Positions 10,112-19,080 of a stretch of 64,000 nucleotides of DNA are shown here, piece by piece (the stretch's first letter is position 1; each line of letters starts with the position of its first letter). Source of the stretch: Acidimicrobiia bacterium (GTDB taxonomy: Bacteria > Actinomycetota > Acidimicrobiia > Acidimicrobiales > JANYDT01). The position numbers and the translations under genes were made by a program. The notes under the pieces were generated by a model. That model saw only the letters and a program-made list of their open reading frames with translations, made no database searches and was not told where the DNA came from. The stretch is from assembly GCA_031368215.1 (NCBI GenBank), contig JANLRD010000274.1, forward strand, positions 55,878 to 119,877, read 5' to 3'.

Positions 10112-10301
10112 GCCGGGCTACTGTATGTGTGCATACGTTTACTCCTTCTGTGGGAACGTTTCTCATGAGAAGTCGATGAGTTCAGACCGAACGGTCGGGG
10201 AACGGATCGCAAAGCAGTGATCGCCCTCTCACATCTCCCTCACGTCTGAGGCGTTGACTCTGTCTATCGGATCACATGCGACCACCGAAGGAGGTTGTCC
10301 G

Positions 10302-10970
10302 ATGACCACACTTACTTCCCTTTATCGCCCGACCAGCGATACCCGCCTCGTCGAGGCAACACCTCGTCGTATTCGTGCCAAGCGCGGCGACGGGGATCGT
10401 CTGCGCCTCGAGATCCTGGACGCCACCGATCAGCTGCTGATCGAGGGCGGCACGACCGAATCCGTCTCGATCCGCGCCGTCGCCGATCGTGTCGGCTGCA
10501 CTCCTCCGGCCATCTATCTGCACTTCTTCGACAAGCAGGAACTGCTCTTCGACGTCTGTGCCCGACGCTTCCGTCAGTTGGCGGAATGGATCGACAGTGC
10601 CACAGAGGATGTCGATGATCCGATGGCCGCGCTCGACGCCGGCACGCGGGCCTATGTCCGGTTCGGCCTCCAGCATCCCGAGCACTACCGCATTCTCTTC
10701 ATGGGGCGCTCGATCCTCACGACCGAACAGCTCGACGAGATGCGGCGAACCGGCGTTGCGGGACTCACCCGACTCATCGAGCGCTGCCAGGCGTGTATCG
10801 ACGCCGGCCAGGTCAGCACGACCGATGCGTCGATCATGGCGCACAGCATCTGGGCGCTCAGCCACGGTGTCGTATCCCTCATCATTGCCAAGCCGCATCT
10901 GGACTGGCCCGAGGCGAATGAACTCCTCGACCATCTCCTCGGCGCCTACCTCAACGGCATCCGGGCGTAA
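10302..10970 (+). CDS. TetR/AcrR family regulator (WHG-like C-terminal domain)
   Basis: SIRAVADRVGCTPPAIYLHF HTH; WALSHG; GGAGG SD upstream. Confidence 0.9.
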   Translation: MTTLTSLYRPTSDTRLVEATPRRIRAKRGDGDRLRLEILDATDQLLIEGGTTESVSIRAVADRVGCTPPAIYLHFFDKQELLFDVCARRFRQLAEWIDSATEDVDDPMAALDAGTRAYVRFGLQHPEHYRILFMGRSILTTEQLDEMRRTGVAGLTRLIERCQACIDAGQVSTTDASIMAHSIWALSHGVVSLIIAKPHLDWPEANELLDHLLGAYLNGIRA

Positions 10971-11017
10971 GGTCCGCCTTCGCTGTCGGGAACACGACGG
11001 CGTCACCGTCGAAAATG

Positions 11018-11047
11018 CAACGGCCACCGGATTTCCGGTGGCCGTTG
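11018..11047. terminator. Hairpin between convergent genes
   Basis: CAACGGCCACCGG-ATTT-CCGGTGGCCGTTG, perfect 13-bp stem. Confidence 0.7.
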
Positions 11048-11081
11048 TCGCGATCCTCACTCCGTCAGGGCGAAGCAGGTG

Positions 11082-11855
11082 CTACTTGCCGCAGACGTCG
11101 CCCGTCTCGTACTTGGTCCCGCCGAGTGTCTTCGCCAGGTCGGCGTCGGGGACCACGAGGGCAGCGTCGGCCGCGGGTGCTCCGGCTTTGACGAGGGGGT
11201 TCACCGGGTATGCCTCGCCGGCGAGCACATGACGCTCATAGTTGATCACGGCGATCAACTCGGCATCGCTGAGCGTTCCGGTGGCAAATGCGGGCATCCC
11301 GCCCTTTCCGACGTGCTGGCCGCCGTCACGCTTCGGGTTTCCGTAGGAGACGCCGGTCCCGCACGAACCGTGGCGCACGAAGGCGAACTGGCCGACCGGA
11401 TCGGGGAACGTCTTGTCGACCTCGCCGTTGTAGAGCGGCCGGCCGGCGAGGCCCCCGTCGGAACCGGAGCCGTTGGCTCCGTGACATGCAATGCAATTGG
11501 CCACGTAGAGCCGTCCGCCGATCGCTTCGGGGGAGTCGGCGGAGGCGCCCGGCACGCTGAAGGTGTTGAACATGAAGAACAACCACACGGGCAGCGCCAC
11601 GAGCATGAAGACCGAGCCGATGCGGGCGAAGCCCATCCCTTTCGGAGCCGGCGGCGGCCCCGCGGGAGTGGGCACCGGGGCGGCTGCGGCAACGCCTCCA
11701 CCGGCACCGCCAGCGGCGGCAACGGCCGCCGGCGCAGCGATGGCGGGAACGGCGGCGGCGTCGGCCGACGCCGCCGGAGCGGGGGCCTCGGCACCTGACA
11801 ACGCGGCTCGGCGCGCTGCTGCTCGCTCGAGCAGGTGCTTGGGGATATCGGCCAT
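11082..11855 (-). CDS. Membrane-anchored monoheme cytochrome c
   Basis: CIACH, distal MPAF, one TM helix after an Ala/Pro linker. Confidence 0.88.
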   Translation of the reverse strand: MADIPKHLLERAAARRAALSGAEAPAPAASADAAAVPAIAAPAAVAAAGGAGGGVAAAAPVPTPAGPPPAPKGMGFARIGSVFMLVALPVWLFFMFNTFSVPGASADSPEAIGGRLYVANCIACHGANGSGSDGGLAGRPLYNGEVDKTFPDPVGQFAFVRHGSCGTGVSYGNPKRDGGQHVGKGGMPAFATGTLSDAELIAVINYERHVLAGEAYPVNPLVKAGAPAADAALVVPDADLAKTLGGTKYETGDVCGK

Positions 11856-12113
11856 GGCGTCGCCTTTCGGGGAACTGTGGTGCGCGTGCAGTGCGACGAC
11901 CGCCTGAGGTCGTCGTTCTGTAGGAAATCTAGGCGCGCCGACAGAGCGGGAGAGAATCGCCGGCCCGGCGACGCAGCGCTTGTTCCGATCATCGGCGCGA
12001 ATCGTTCGCCAGAAGAGATGACGAATGTCATCGAAGGGACCCTCGGGTGATTCCCTGCGCGGCGGGCGTCAGTGGTAGAAACGTTGATGAGCACAACGGG
12101 TCCGTGGCCCAGC

Positions 12114-12131
12114 TTGTGATCTGATTCACAA
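12114..12131. promoter_or_regulatory. Rex operator
   Basis: TTGTGATCTGATTCACAA, one mismatch to TTGTGAANNNNTTCACAA, ~40 bp upstream of the respiratory operon; rex is in the window. Confidence 0.85.
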
Positions 12132-12172
12132 TCTTTCCGTCGTCTGTTGATCTTCTCCCCGAAAGGCCCCAC

Positions 12173-12688
12173 GTGGTTGCGTTCCTCGGCTCGTTCCTCG
12201 CGCTGATCGCTCTCGTTGCTGCTGTGTTCGCCTATGGAAGCCGACGCCCCGTTGGGACATCGGTCACCTGGGGCGAGGCGATCATCGGCGCTGCGGTCGT
12301 CTTCTGGATCTTCTTCCTTGCCTACGGAATCGTTCCCCATTCGTTTCTTTCCTGGGCGGATGGGAAGACCCTGAACTGGCGTTCAGACTCCCGGGGCATT
12401 CCGCTGGGACCGTTCGGCTCGCTGCTGCCGGGCAAGACCTCCAACCAGTTCTTCAGCGCTGAGCGCAACGTCATGTTCCCCGACGGCATCACGTTCGGCG
12501 GTCGCGGCCGCATCATTGTCAGCAAGCAGACCATCCGCGACATCGTGGCGGCCACGATCTACATCGTCTTCCTCGGCGCCAACATGAAGCTCTGGGTGGC
12601 GTGGCAGAACCGGGGCAAGAAGGCTGCCGCCAAGGCGGCCATCGAGCCGGTGTCGGCCTATGGTCGGCCGCTGGTCAAGAAGGCATGA
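12173..12688 (+). CDS. Hypothetical membrane protein (3 TM), first gene of the bc/nuo operon
   Basis: Hydrophobic segments, GC3-biased codons, GAAAGG SD. Confidence 0.75.
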   Translation: MVAFLGSFLALIALVAAVFAYGSRRPVGTSVTWGEAIIGAAVVFWIFFLAYGIVPHSFLSWADGKTLNWRSDSRGIPLGPFGSLLPGKTSNQFFSAERNVMFPDGITFGGRGRIIVSKQTIRDIVAATIYIVFLGANMKLWVAWQNRGKKAAAKAAIEPVSAYGRPLVKKA

Positions 12689-12705
12689 CCGCGGCGAGGT
12701 GACCC

Positions 12706-13119
12706 ATGGCAAAGACTGAAGCCAATCCCCCCATGCCCTACTTCCCCGGCGGTTACACGCTGGCGGAGATCAGCGTCGACGAACTCAACAGGAGCGTCAA
12801 GCCGAAGCAGTTCCTTCACATCGATCAGTCCGAGTGCATCATGTGCGAGGGGTGTGTCGACATCTGCCCGTGGAAGTGCATCCATATGCTCTCGGCCGGC
12901 ACCGTCGAGGATTCCGTCAACGTCGTCTCGCCGGGCACCGACCCCGACGACCACGTGATCTTCGTCGTCGACGAAGACGTGTGCACGCGTTGCGGCCTCT
13001 GTGTCGACCGCTGTCCGACCGGCGTGATCATCATGGGCAAAGCCGGTGTCGCCCCTCGCGACGGCGACCAGCACATGCGCGACAACAAGCACGGCTACTC
13101 CTACGGGATGCGGTTCTAG
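12706..13119 (+). CDS. 2[4Fe-4S] ferredoxin
   Basis: CIMCEGCVDICP and CTRCGLCVDRCP. Confidence 0.92.
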   Translation: MAKTEANPPMPYFPGGYTLAEISVDELNRSVKPKQFLHIDQSECIMCEGCVDICPWKCIHMLSAGTVEDSVNVVSPGTDPDDHVIFVVDEDVCTRCGLCVDRCPTGVIIMGKAGVAPRDGDQHMRDNKHGYSYGMRF

Positions 13120-13214
13120 ATGTCTCCGCACCACCGACTCGCCTTCGTGTCAGCTAACGCCCCGCAGGTTCCGAGCACTACCGTTTTGAGCGATCGATCA
13201 GCAGGAGAACTTTC

Positions 13215-14000
13215 GTGACCACACCAATGAAGCCCGGACTCCCGGAGCGCCTCAGCGCCGGACTCGCCAAGTCCGTCGAGAACGTCCAGGGCAGCCAGGC
13301 GTGGAACTCCATCTTCCGCCCCGGGTCGATCTTCCGGAAGGGCTACTCCGACTCGCCGCGTAACCGCAGCTACGTCATCATGAACTCGCTGCTCTACCAC
13401 CTACACCCCGTGAAGGTGAAGCGCCACGCCGTGAAAGTCAGCTACACGCTGTGCCTCGGCGGGCTCTCGTTCTTCCTGTTCATCGTCTTGACGGTCACGG
13501 GCATCTTCTTGATGTTCTTCTACCGCCCCACCGAGGCGCTGGCCTGGCAGGACATCAAGACGCTTCACACCGCGGTCACCTTCGGTCTGCTCGTACGCAA
13601 CATGCATCGATGGGGAGCGCACTTGATGGTGCTTTCCGTCTTCTTGCACATGGCCCGCGTCTTCTACCACGGCGCCTACAAAGCCCCCCGTGAGTTCAAC
13701 TGGGTCATCGGCGTCATCCTCCTCACCTTGACCCTGCTCCTGTCCTTCACCGGCTACCTGCTCCCGTGGGATCAGCTCGCACTGTGGGCGGTGACGGTCG
13801 GTACGAACATGATCGGCTACACCCCAGTTTTCGGTACCCAGTCCAAATTCGTGCTCCTTTCGGGAGTCGAGATCGGCACCAATACGCTCTTGCGGTGGTA
13901 CGTGCTCCACGTGCTGCTCTTCCCGTTCATCATCGTCATCTTCATGGCCATCCACTTCTGGCGGGTCCGCAAAGATGGCGGGATCTCGGGGCCGCTGTGA
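13215..14000 (+). CDS. Cytochrome b, N-terminal (b6-like) subunit
   Basis: YTLCLGG, RNMHRWGAHLMVLSVFLHMARV, GYLLPWDQ, LHVLLFP, ends GISGPL. Confidence 0.93.
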   Translation: MTTPMKPGLPERLSAGLAKSVENVQGSQAWNSIFRPGSIFRKGYSDSPRNRSYVIMNSLLYHLHPVKVKRHAVKVSYTLCLGGLSFFLFIVLTVTGIFLMFFYRPTEALAWQDIKTLHTAVTFGLLVRNMHRWGAHLMVLSVFLHMARVFYHGAYKAPREFNWVIGVILLTLTLLLSFTGYLLPWDQLALWAVTVGTNMIGYTPVFGTQSKFVLLSGVEIGTNTLLRWYVLHVLLFPFIIVIFMAIHFWRVRKDGGISGPL

Positions 14001-14109
14001 TGTCGCATCGCTTTCGTCAACAAACAGCAGGGCGGGATCTCGGGGCCGCTGTGATTCCGCGTCGCCCCTCTCAACCAACAACGCAGCGGGATCTCGGGGC
14101 CGCTGTGAT
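13978..14109 (+). repeat. Three exact 24-bp direct repeats, 54-bp period
   Basis: GCGGGATCTCGGGGCCGCTGTGAT at 13978, 14032 and 14086, with two related 30-bp spacers. Confidence 0.95.
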
Positions 14110-14144
14110 TGGCGCAACTGCATTCTCCGAGCGGAGGACTACTC

Positions 14145-14975
14145 ATGGCTGACATGGAAGAACTGAAGCGCAAGTCCGCTGAAGCCAAAGCGCGCAAACT
14201 GGCCGACAAGGGCGGCGCACCCGCAGCCCCGGTCGCCCCGGCGGCATCGGCTGAGGCCGACGACGCCGCAACGAGCTACGCCGATGCCGAGAAGACCGGG
14301 AAGATCCCTGCGCACCTGCTCGCCCGCAGCGCCGCCGCCAAGGCCGCGAAGGAGTCGGGTGCGTCAGGCGACGCAGTTTCGGGCGGCGGCGTTGCCGTCC
14401 TCGACAAGCCGACCGCAGGTGCAGTAGCCGCAGCGGCAGCGCTGGTCCAGCCCGCCGGTGGTGGCCTGGCTGGTCCGGCCGGTCACACGCAGCGCCTGCT
14501 CACGGTCGTCAAGGCCGGATCGATCCAAGATGTGAAGGCGACACCGACGGACAAGGTCAGCACGTGGCCCCATCTCCTGGTGGGCGAGTTCGTCGCTTCT
14601 CTCGCCTGTCTGACCCTGCTGATGGTGCTTTCGGCATTCGTGAACGCCCCGCTTCTCGAACTGGCGAACTACAACGCCACCCCGAACCCGTCGAAGGCGC
14701 CGTGGTACTTCCTCGGTCTGCAGGAACTGCTCACCATGTTCCACCCGATGGTCGCCGGTGTCACCATCCCGGGTATGGGACTGTTTCTGCTCATCCTCTC
14801 GCCCTACCTCGACAAGAACCCGTCGAACAAGCCCGAGGATCGCAAGTTCGCAATCTCGATCTTCACCATCTTCTTGATGTTCTGGGCTGTGCTCGTGATC
14901 ATCGGCTCGTTCTTCCGAGGACCGGGATTCAACTTCATCATGCCGTGGAAGGAAGGAATCTTCTTCGAGCTGTGA
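14145..14975 (+). CDS. Cytochrome b C-terminal subunit (subunit IV-like) with Ala-rich N-terminal extension
   Basis: TWPHLL, TPNPSKAPWYFLGLQELL (PEWY-equivalent), PYLD. Confidence 0.9.
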   Translation: MADMEELKRKSAEAKARKLADKGGAPAAPVAPAASAEADDAATSYADAEKTGKIPAHLLARSAAAKAAKESGASGDAVSGGGVAVLDKPTAGAVAAAAALVQPAGGGLAGPAGHTQRLLTVVKAGSIQDVKATPTDKVSTWPHLLVGEFVASLACLTLLMVLSAFVNAPLLELANYNATPNPSKAPWYFLGLQELLTMFHPMVAGVTIPGMGLFLLILSPYLDKNPSNKPEDRKFAISIFTIFLMFWAVLVIIGSFFRGPGFNFIMPWKEGIFFEL

Positions 14976-15009
14976 GCGTCCGCTCGCAGCCACCGCTGGA
15001 GGCCCCACT

Positions 15010-15900
15010 ATGAACGCCACCGTTCTCATCATTGCCATCGTCGTCGTCGTGGTGCTCGCCGCTGCGGCAGTTGGCACCATGTCCCGACGCACCGACCGCG
15101 GCGCGGCGACCGGGCTCTTGGCCCGCGAGACAGTCAAGCGCGACCGGTCCCGCCGCCGTCAGGCGAAGGCCGCCGACGCCGTCGCAACACCGCCTCCGCC
15201 GTCCGGTCGGGCCGTGGAGAAAGCAATGGTGCTGGCGCGCGCTGGCGGCGATGTGGAGCTCCGTCCCGCTCCCGGCGCCCCAGCGGTCCTGCGGGCTCCG
15301 ATGGACGCCGAACAACTCGGCGTCACCCGCCGCCAGTTCCTCAATCGCTCGACGATCGCCATGTTCACCGCCGGTCTCGGTGGTTTCGGTGCCGCTGTTC
15401 TTGCGTTCCTCTGGCCAAGCCTCTCCGGCGGCTTCGGCTCGAAGGTCACCCTCGGCAAGGTCAGCGACATCCTCACGGATATCGCCGCCAAGAAGGAACC
15501 CAAGTACTTCGCGGAAGCGCGCACCTACATCACCGCATATCCGAAGGAAGACGTCGCCAAGGCCAAGAAGGTCTACGCGCCAGGTGTCGTCCGAGGCATG
15601 GAGTCCGGCGTCGCGGCGCTCTACCAGAAGTGCGTCCACCTCGGCTGCAAGGTGCCGTGGTGTACGAACTCCCAGTGGTTCGAGTGCCCGTGCCATGGAT
15701 CGAAATACAATCGGGTGGGCGAGTACAAGTCCGGCCCGGCGCCCCGAGGACTTGATCGGTTCGACGTGATCATCGACGGTTCGGGCAACGTGACCGTGGA
15801 TACTTCACAGGTCAGAATCGGTCCCGCCCAGGGCACCAACACCACCGGCCAGGAGGCCGAGGGACCCCATTGCGTCGGCGGCAAGGCCGGCGGGCACTGA
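15010..15900 (+). CDS. Rieske 2Fe-2S subunit
   Basis: CVHLGC and CPCHGS; internal TRRQFL twin-arginine motif before a TM helix. Confidence 0.94.
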   Translation: MNATVLIIAIVVVVVLAAAAVGTMSRRTDRGAATGLLARETVKRDRSRRRQAKAADAVATPPPPSGRAVEKAMVLARAGGDVELRPAPGAPAVLRAPMDAEQLGVTRRQFLNRSTIAMFTAGLGGFGAAVLAFLWPSLSGGFGSKVTLGKVSDILTDIAAKKEPKYFAEARTYITAYPKEDVAKAKKVYAPGVVRGMESGVAALYQKCVHLGCKVPWCTNSQWFECPCHGSKYNRVGEYKSGPAPRGLDRFDVIIDGSGNVTVDTSQVRIGPAQGTNTTGQEAEGPHCVGGKAGGH

Positions 15901-15932
15901 GCCCGGCGACCATCCGTCTTCAAGGAGCACCA

Positions 15933-17207
15933 GTGATCTTGGCCAGCACCACTCAGCGCGCCGTCGCCGTTGTCATCGTCTTCGGGGCGTTGATCGCGTG
16001 GGCCGTCTATCTCGTTTTGGAGAATCGGCGGTCCACCAAGGACATCGTCGACAGCTTCCTCGACGCCCCCAACCGCAAGGCGCCGCCCGATGATGACGTG
16101 TTCGAAGGCCGCCGCCTCGACCGCTTCCTCGTCGCCGCGTTGGTCGGTGTCTCGGTGCTCGCCGTATCGCTGCCGCTCTACTGGCTCGGCGAGCCGGGAC
16201 GTGAGAAGGGCGCCCTGATCGGCTTCGACAAGCGCGAGATCAAACGCGGTCTGAGGAACTACGAAGCGACGTTTGCCTGCAACGCCTGTCATGGCCCCGA
16301 GGGCGGTGGCGGTGTCGCCAGTTGGACGGTCACCGACTACGACGAGAACGGACAGCCGAAGATCAATCCCGAGACGGGCAAGCCGGTCGTTCGGTCCGTC
16401 CAATGGAAGGCTCCCCGGATCAACAACGTCGCTCTGCGATACAAGCCCGGCCAGATCACGAACGTGCTCGTCTACGGCCGCGGTGGCGCGAAGAACAACC
16501 CGATGCCTGCGTGGGGCATCGCCGGCGGTGGACCCGGTACGCCTCAGCAGATCGGCGACCTCGTGTCGCTCCTCTCCTACTGGGCGATCCAGGGAAGTCC
16601 CGAAGCGATGAAGGCTTACAAGGACGCGTGGAACTCCAACGGCCACAACAACCAGAAGGCCTTCGCTGCTGCGTTCGAATTCGCCGCCAAGGCGGCGCAG
16701 GCCGAGTCGGCCAAAACCCTTACCGAGGAGAAGGCCAACGCCGCAACCCTCGTCGAGAATGAGGCCAAGTCGCTCGATGCAGCGAAGAAGGCGCTCGTCG
16801 ATGCCAAGGCGTCGGGAAACGTCGTCAGCATCAGCTCGGCCGAGACCGCCCTGGCGGACCTCGAGAAGAACCTGGTGAACGCCAAGAAGACACTCGCTGC
16901 CACCGACGGCGAGTTGCTCTTCAATCAGAACTGCGCCCGCTGTCACACCAACGGTTGGAGCTACGACGAGCCGAAGCAATCCGGTGGTGGCTTCTACGGT
17001 CCGTCGCTTCGCAAGAGCAGCCTCACCAACCAGTTCCCCGATCCGGCCAAGCAGGCCGAGTTCATCAAGGTCGGCGTCGGCGATCAGGTGGCCTACGGGA
17101 CCGGTGGCGTGAACCATTGGAGCGGTGGCGGCATGGCGTACTTCGCCAACAAGCTGACCGACGACATGATCAACCAGATCGTCGCCTACGAACGGGGTCT
17201 CGAATGA
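15933..17207 (+). CDS. Diheme cytochrome c subunit
   Basis: CNACH and CARCH, two N-terminal TM helices. Confidence 0.9.
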   Translation: MILASTTQRAVAVVIVFGALIAWAVYLVLENRRSTKDIVDSFLDAPNRKAPPDDDVFEGRRLDRFLVAALVGVSVLAVSLPLYWLGEPGREKGALIGFDKREIKRGLRNYEATFACNACHGPEGGGGVASWTVTDYDENGQPKINPETGKPVVRSVQWKAPRINNVALRYKPGQITNVLVYGRGGAKNNPMPAWGIAGGGPGTPQQIGDLVSLLSYWAIQGSPEAMKAYKDAWNSNGHNNQKAFAAAFEFAAKAAQAESAKTLTEEKANAATLVENEAKSLDAAKKALVDAKASGNVVSISSAETALADLEKNLVNAKKTLAATDGELLFNQNCARCHTNGWSYDEPKQSGGGFYGPSLRKSSLTNQFPDPAKQAEFIKVGVGDQVAYGTGGVNHWSGGGMAYFANKLTDDMINQIVAYERGLE

Positions 17208-18022
17208 ACGCGCTGATCGTCGGAGCCCTCGAGTGGAACATCACGACCCGGGGGATCATCTTCCCGGCGACGATGTTCATCATCCTCTGCGGGGCGACCT
17301 ACGTGATCCTCGCAACCAACGTCGGAAACCGTCTCGGATTCCTGCTCGCCAACGCCGGGTTCTGGGCGTGGATGGTCCTCATGACCACCGCGTGGATGGT
17401 CTACGGCATCGGTCTCAAAGGCACGCCGCCGTCGTGGAAGGTCCGTGAGGTGATCACCGAGGTCGCCAACGCCCAGTCCGACAAGGTGGTGTCGCTGGCC
17501 CCGCACCTCGACAAGGGGTCCAAGCTGCCGAAGGCCTGGACCGAAGTCGCCGAGGGAACACCGACGCGAGGCGAGGCGCAGTCAGCGTCCGATGCCCACT
17601 TGCTCGAGGAGAAGGTCTTCGACAGCACGACCAAGTTCGCGCACATCGCCGGCTACGAGATCGGAGGAGCCCAGCGGATCAAGCTTCGCCCACGAAAAGA
17701 GCAGGGCGGCGACTGGTGGAACCCGGGGGACTACCGGTTCATGGGCCTGCTCCATCAGAAGCGCTACTACGTCGATCGCGTCGCTCCCTACAAGCTCGAT
17801 GCATTCGGGGCCGTCGCCATCGATGCCGCTCGCAAACCGATCATCGACACCTCGAAGCCGGTGCTGAACACGGTGATGGTACGGAACCAGGGCAACCTTC
17901 GACAGCCGGCGTTCAAGGTGTTCCTCGCGTCGCTGATCATGCTGATCATCTCCACGAGGGCGCTGCACAAGCGTGACCGCCAGGTCATGGCGGCGATGAA
18001 GAGCCGCCCGGCGACGGCGTAA
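17204..18022 (+). CDS. Hypothetical membrane protein between bc genes and nuoA
   Basis: ATGA-coupled, 3 hydrophobic segments, GC3 bias. Confidence 0.75.
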   Translation: MNALIVGALEWNITTRGIIFPATMFIILCGATYVILATNVGNRLGFLLANAGFWAWMVLMTTAWMVYGIGLKGTPPSWKVREVITEVANAQSDKVVSLAPHLDKGSKLPKAWTEVAEGTPTRGEAQSASDAHLLEEKVFDSTTKFAHIAGYEIGGAQRIKLRPRKEQGGDWWNPGDYRFMGLLHQKRYYVDRVAPYKLDAFGAVAIDAARKPIIDTSKPVLNTVMVRNQGNLRQPAFKVFLASLIMLIISTRALHKRDRQVMAAMKSRPATA

Positions 18023-18033
18023 AGGGGATCGCC

Positions 18034-18522
18034 ATGGCGGCCTATCTGCCGATCGTCCTCCTGTTCGTGCTGGCCCTGGTGTTCGTCTTCGGGTCGATCG
18101 TCGCTTCAACCGTCCTCGGACCTCGACGACGCGTGAACACCGCGAAGACCGGGCCCTACGAATGCGGGATCGTGCCCGACAAGGAGCCCGCTGAGCGCTT
18201 CCCGGTCAGGTTCTATCTCGTCGCCATGATCTTCATCATCTTCGACATCGAGATCATCTTCTTATATCCGTGGGCTGTGCGCTTCAACGCGCTCGGTACG
18301 TTCGGGCTCGTCGAAATGGTGATCTTCTCGATCGCCGTCGTTGTTGCCTTCACGTATCTGATCAGCAACGGCGCACTCGACTGGGCACCGATGAACCGTC
18401 TTCGCCGCCTCGAAGCGAGCTCGGGCAGGACGTCTGGCGACCGCACCACATCGTCCACGATCCGGAAGGTGTCCCGCCCCGTCGGTGCGCCGGCCGGTCC
18501 CCCCGAAGAAACGGCGGCGTAG
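18034..18522 (+). CDS. nuoA: NADH-quinone oxidoreductase subunit A
   Basis: YECG, FIIFDIEIIFLYPW, GALDW. Confidence 0.96.
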   Translation: MAAYLPIVLLFVLALVFVFGSIVASTVLGPRRRVNTAKTGPYECGIVPDKEPAERFPVRFYLVAMIFIIFDIEIIFLYPWAVRFNALGTFGLVEMVIFSIAVVVAFTYLISNGALDWAPMNRLRRLEASSGRTSGDRTTSSTIRKVSRPVGAPAGPPEETAA

Positions 18523-18525
18523 GCC

Positions 18526-19074
18526 ATGGGCCTCGAAGATCTCAACCACAACTTCCTCACCGGTTCGCTCGAGAAGTTCGTCAACTGGTCGCGCAAGTCG
18601 TCCACCTGGCCGGCGTCGTTCGGTCTCGCGTGCTGCGCCATCGAAATGATGGCCACCGGTGCGTCACGTTTCGACATCTCGCGGTTCGGCATGGAGGTCT
18701 TCCGCGGTTCGCCGCGGCAGGCCGACCTCATGATCGTTGCCGGCCGCGTCAGCCAGAAGATGGCGCCGGTCCTCCGTCAGGTCTACGACCAGATGATGGA
18801 ACCGAAGTGGGTCATCTCGATGGGTGTGTGTGCGTCGTCGGGTGGCATGTTCAACAACTACGCGATCGTGCAAGGCGTCGATCAGATCGTCCCGGTGGAT
18901 GTCTACGCACCCGGATGCCCTCCGGGCCCGGAGACGCTCCTCTACGCGATCATGACGCTGCACGAGAAGATTCAGACCGGCGAGATCGCCCAGCGCCGAC
19001 ACGACAACGGTGGCGGTGCCTCGCTCCGTCTCGACGTTCCGCCGGCGACCATCTCCATCGGCACGCCGAAGTAG
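18526..19074 (+). CDS. nuoB: NADH-quinone oxidoreductase subunit B
   Basis: [19 protein letters not shown]. Confidence 0.97.
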   Translation: MGLEDLNHNFLTGSLEKFVNWSRKSSTWPASFGLACCAIEMMATGASRFDISRFGMEVFRGSPRQADLMIVAGRVSQKMAPVLRQVYDQMMEPKWVISMGVCASSGGMFNNYAIVQGVDQIVPVDVYAPGCPPGPETLLYAIMTLHEKIQTGEIAQRRHDNGGGASLRLDVPPATISIGTPK

Positions 19075-19080
19075 GCCGCG

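Noticed and set aside
13998-14108. Selenocysteine readthrough of the in-frame UGA codons
   Set aside because: No recognisable SECIS hairpin after the UGAs, and GISGPL* is the normal end of b6-type cytochromes
13978-14109. Bona fide CRISPR array
   Set aside because: Only three repeats, the first is coding sequence, the spacers resemble each other, and there is no leader or cas gene in the window
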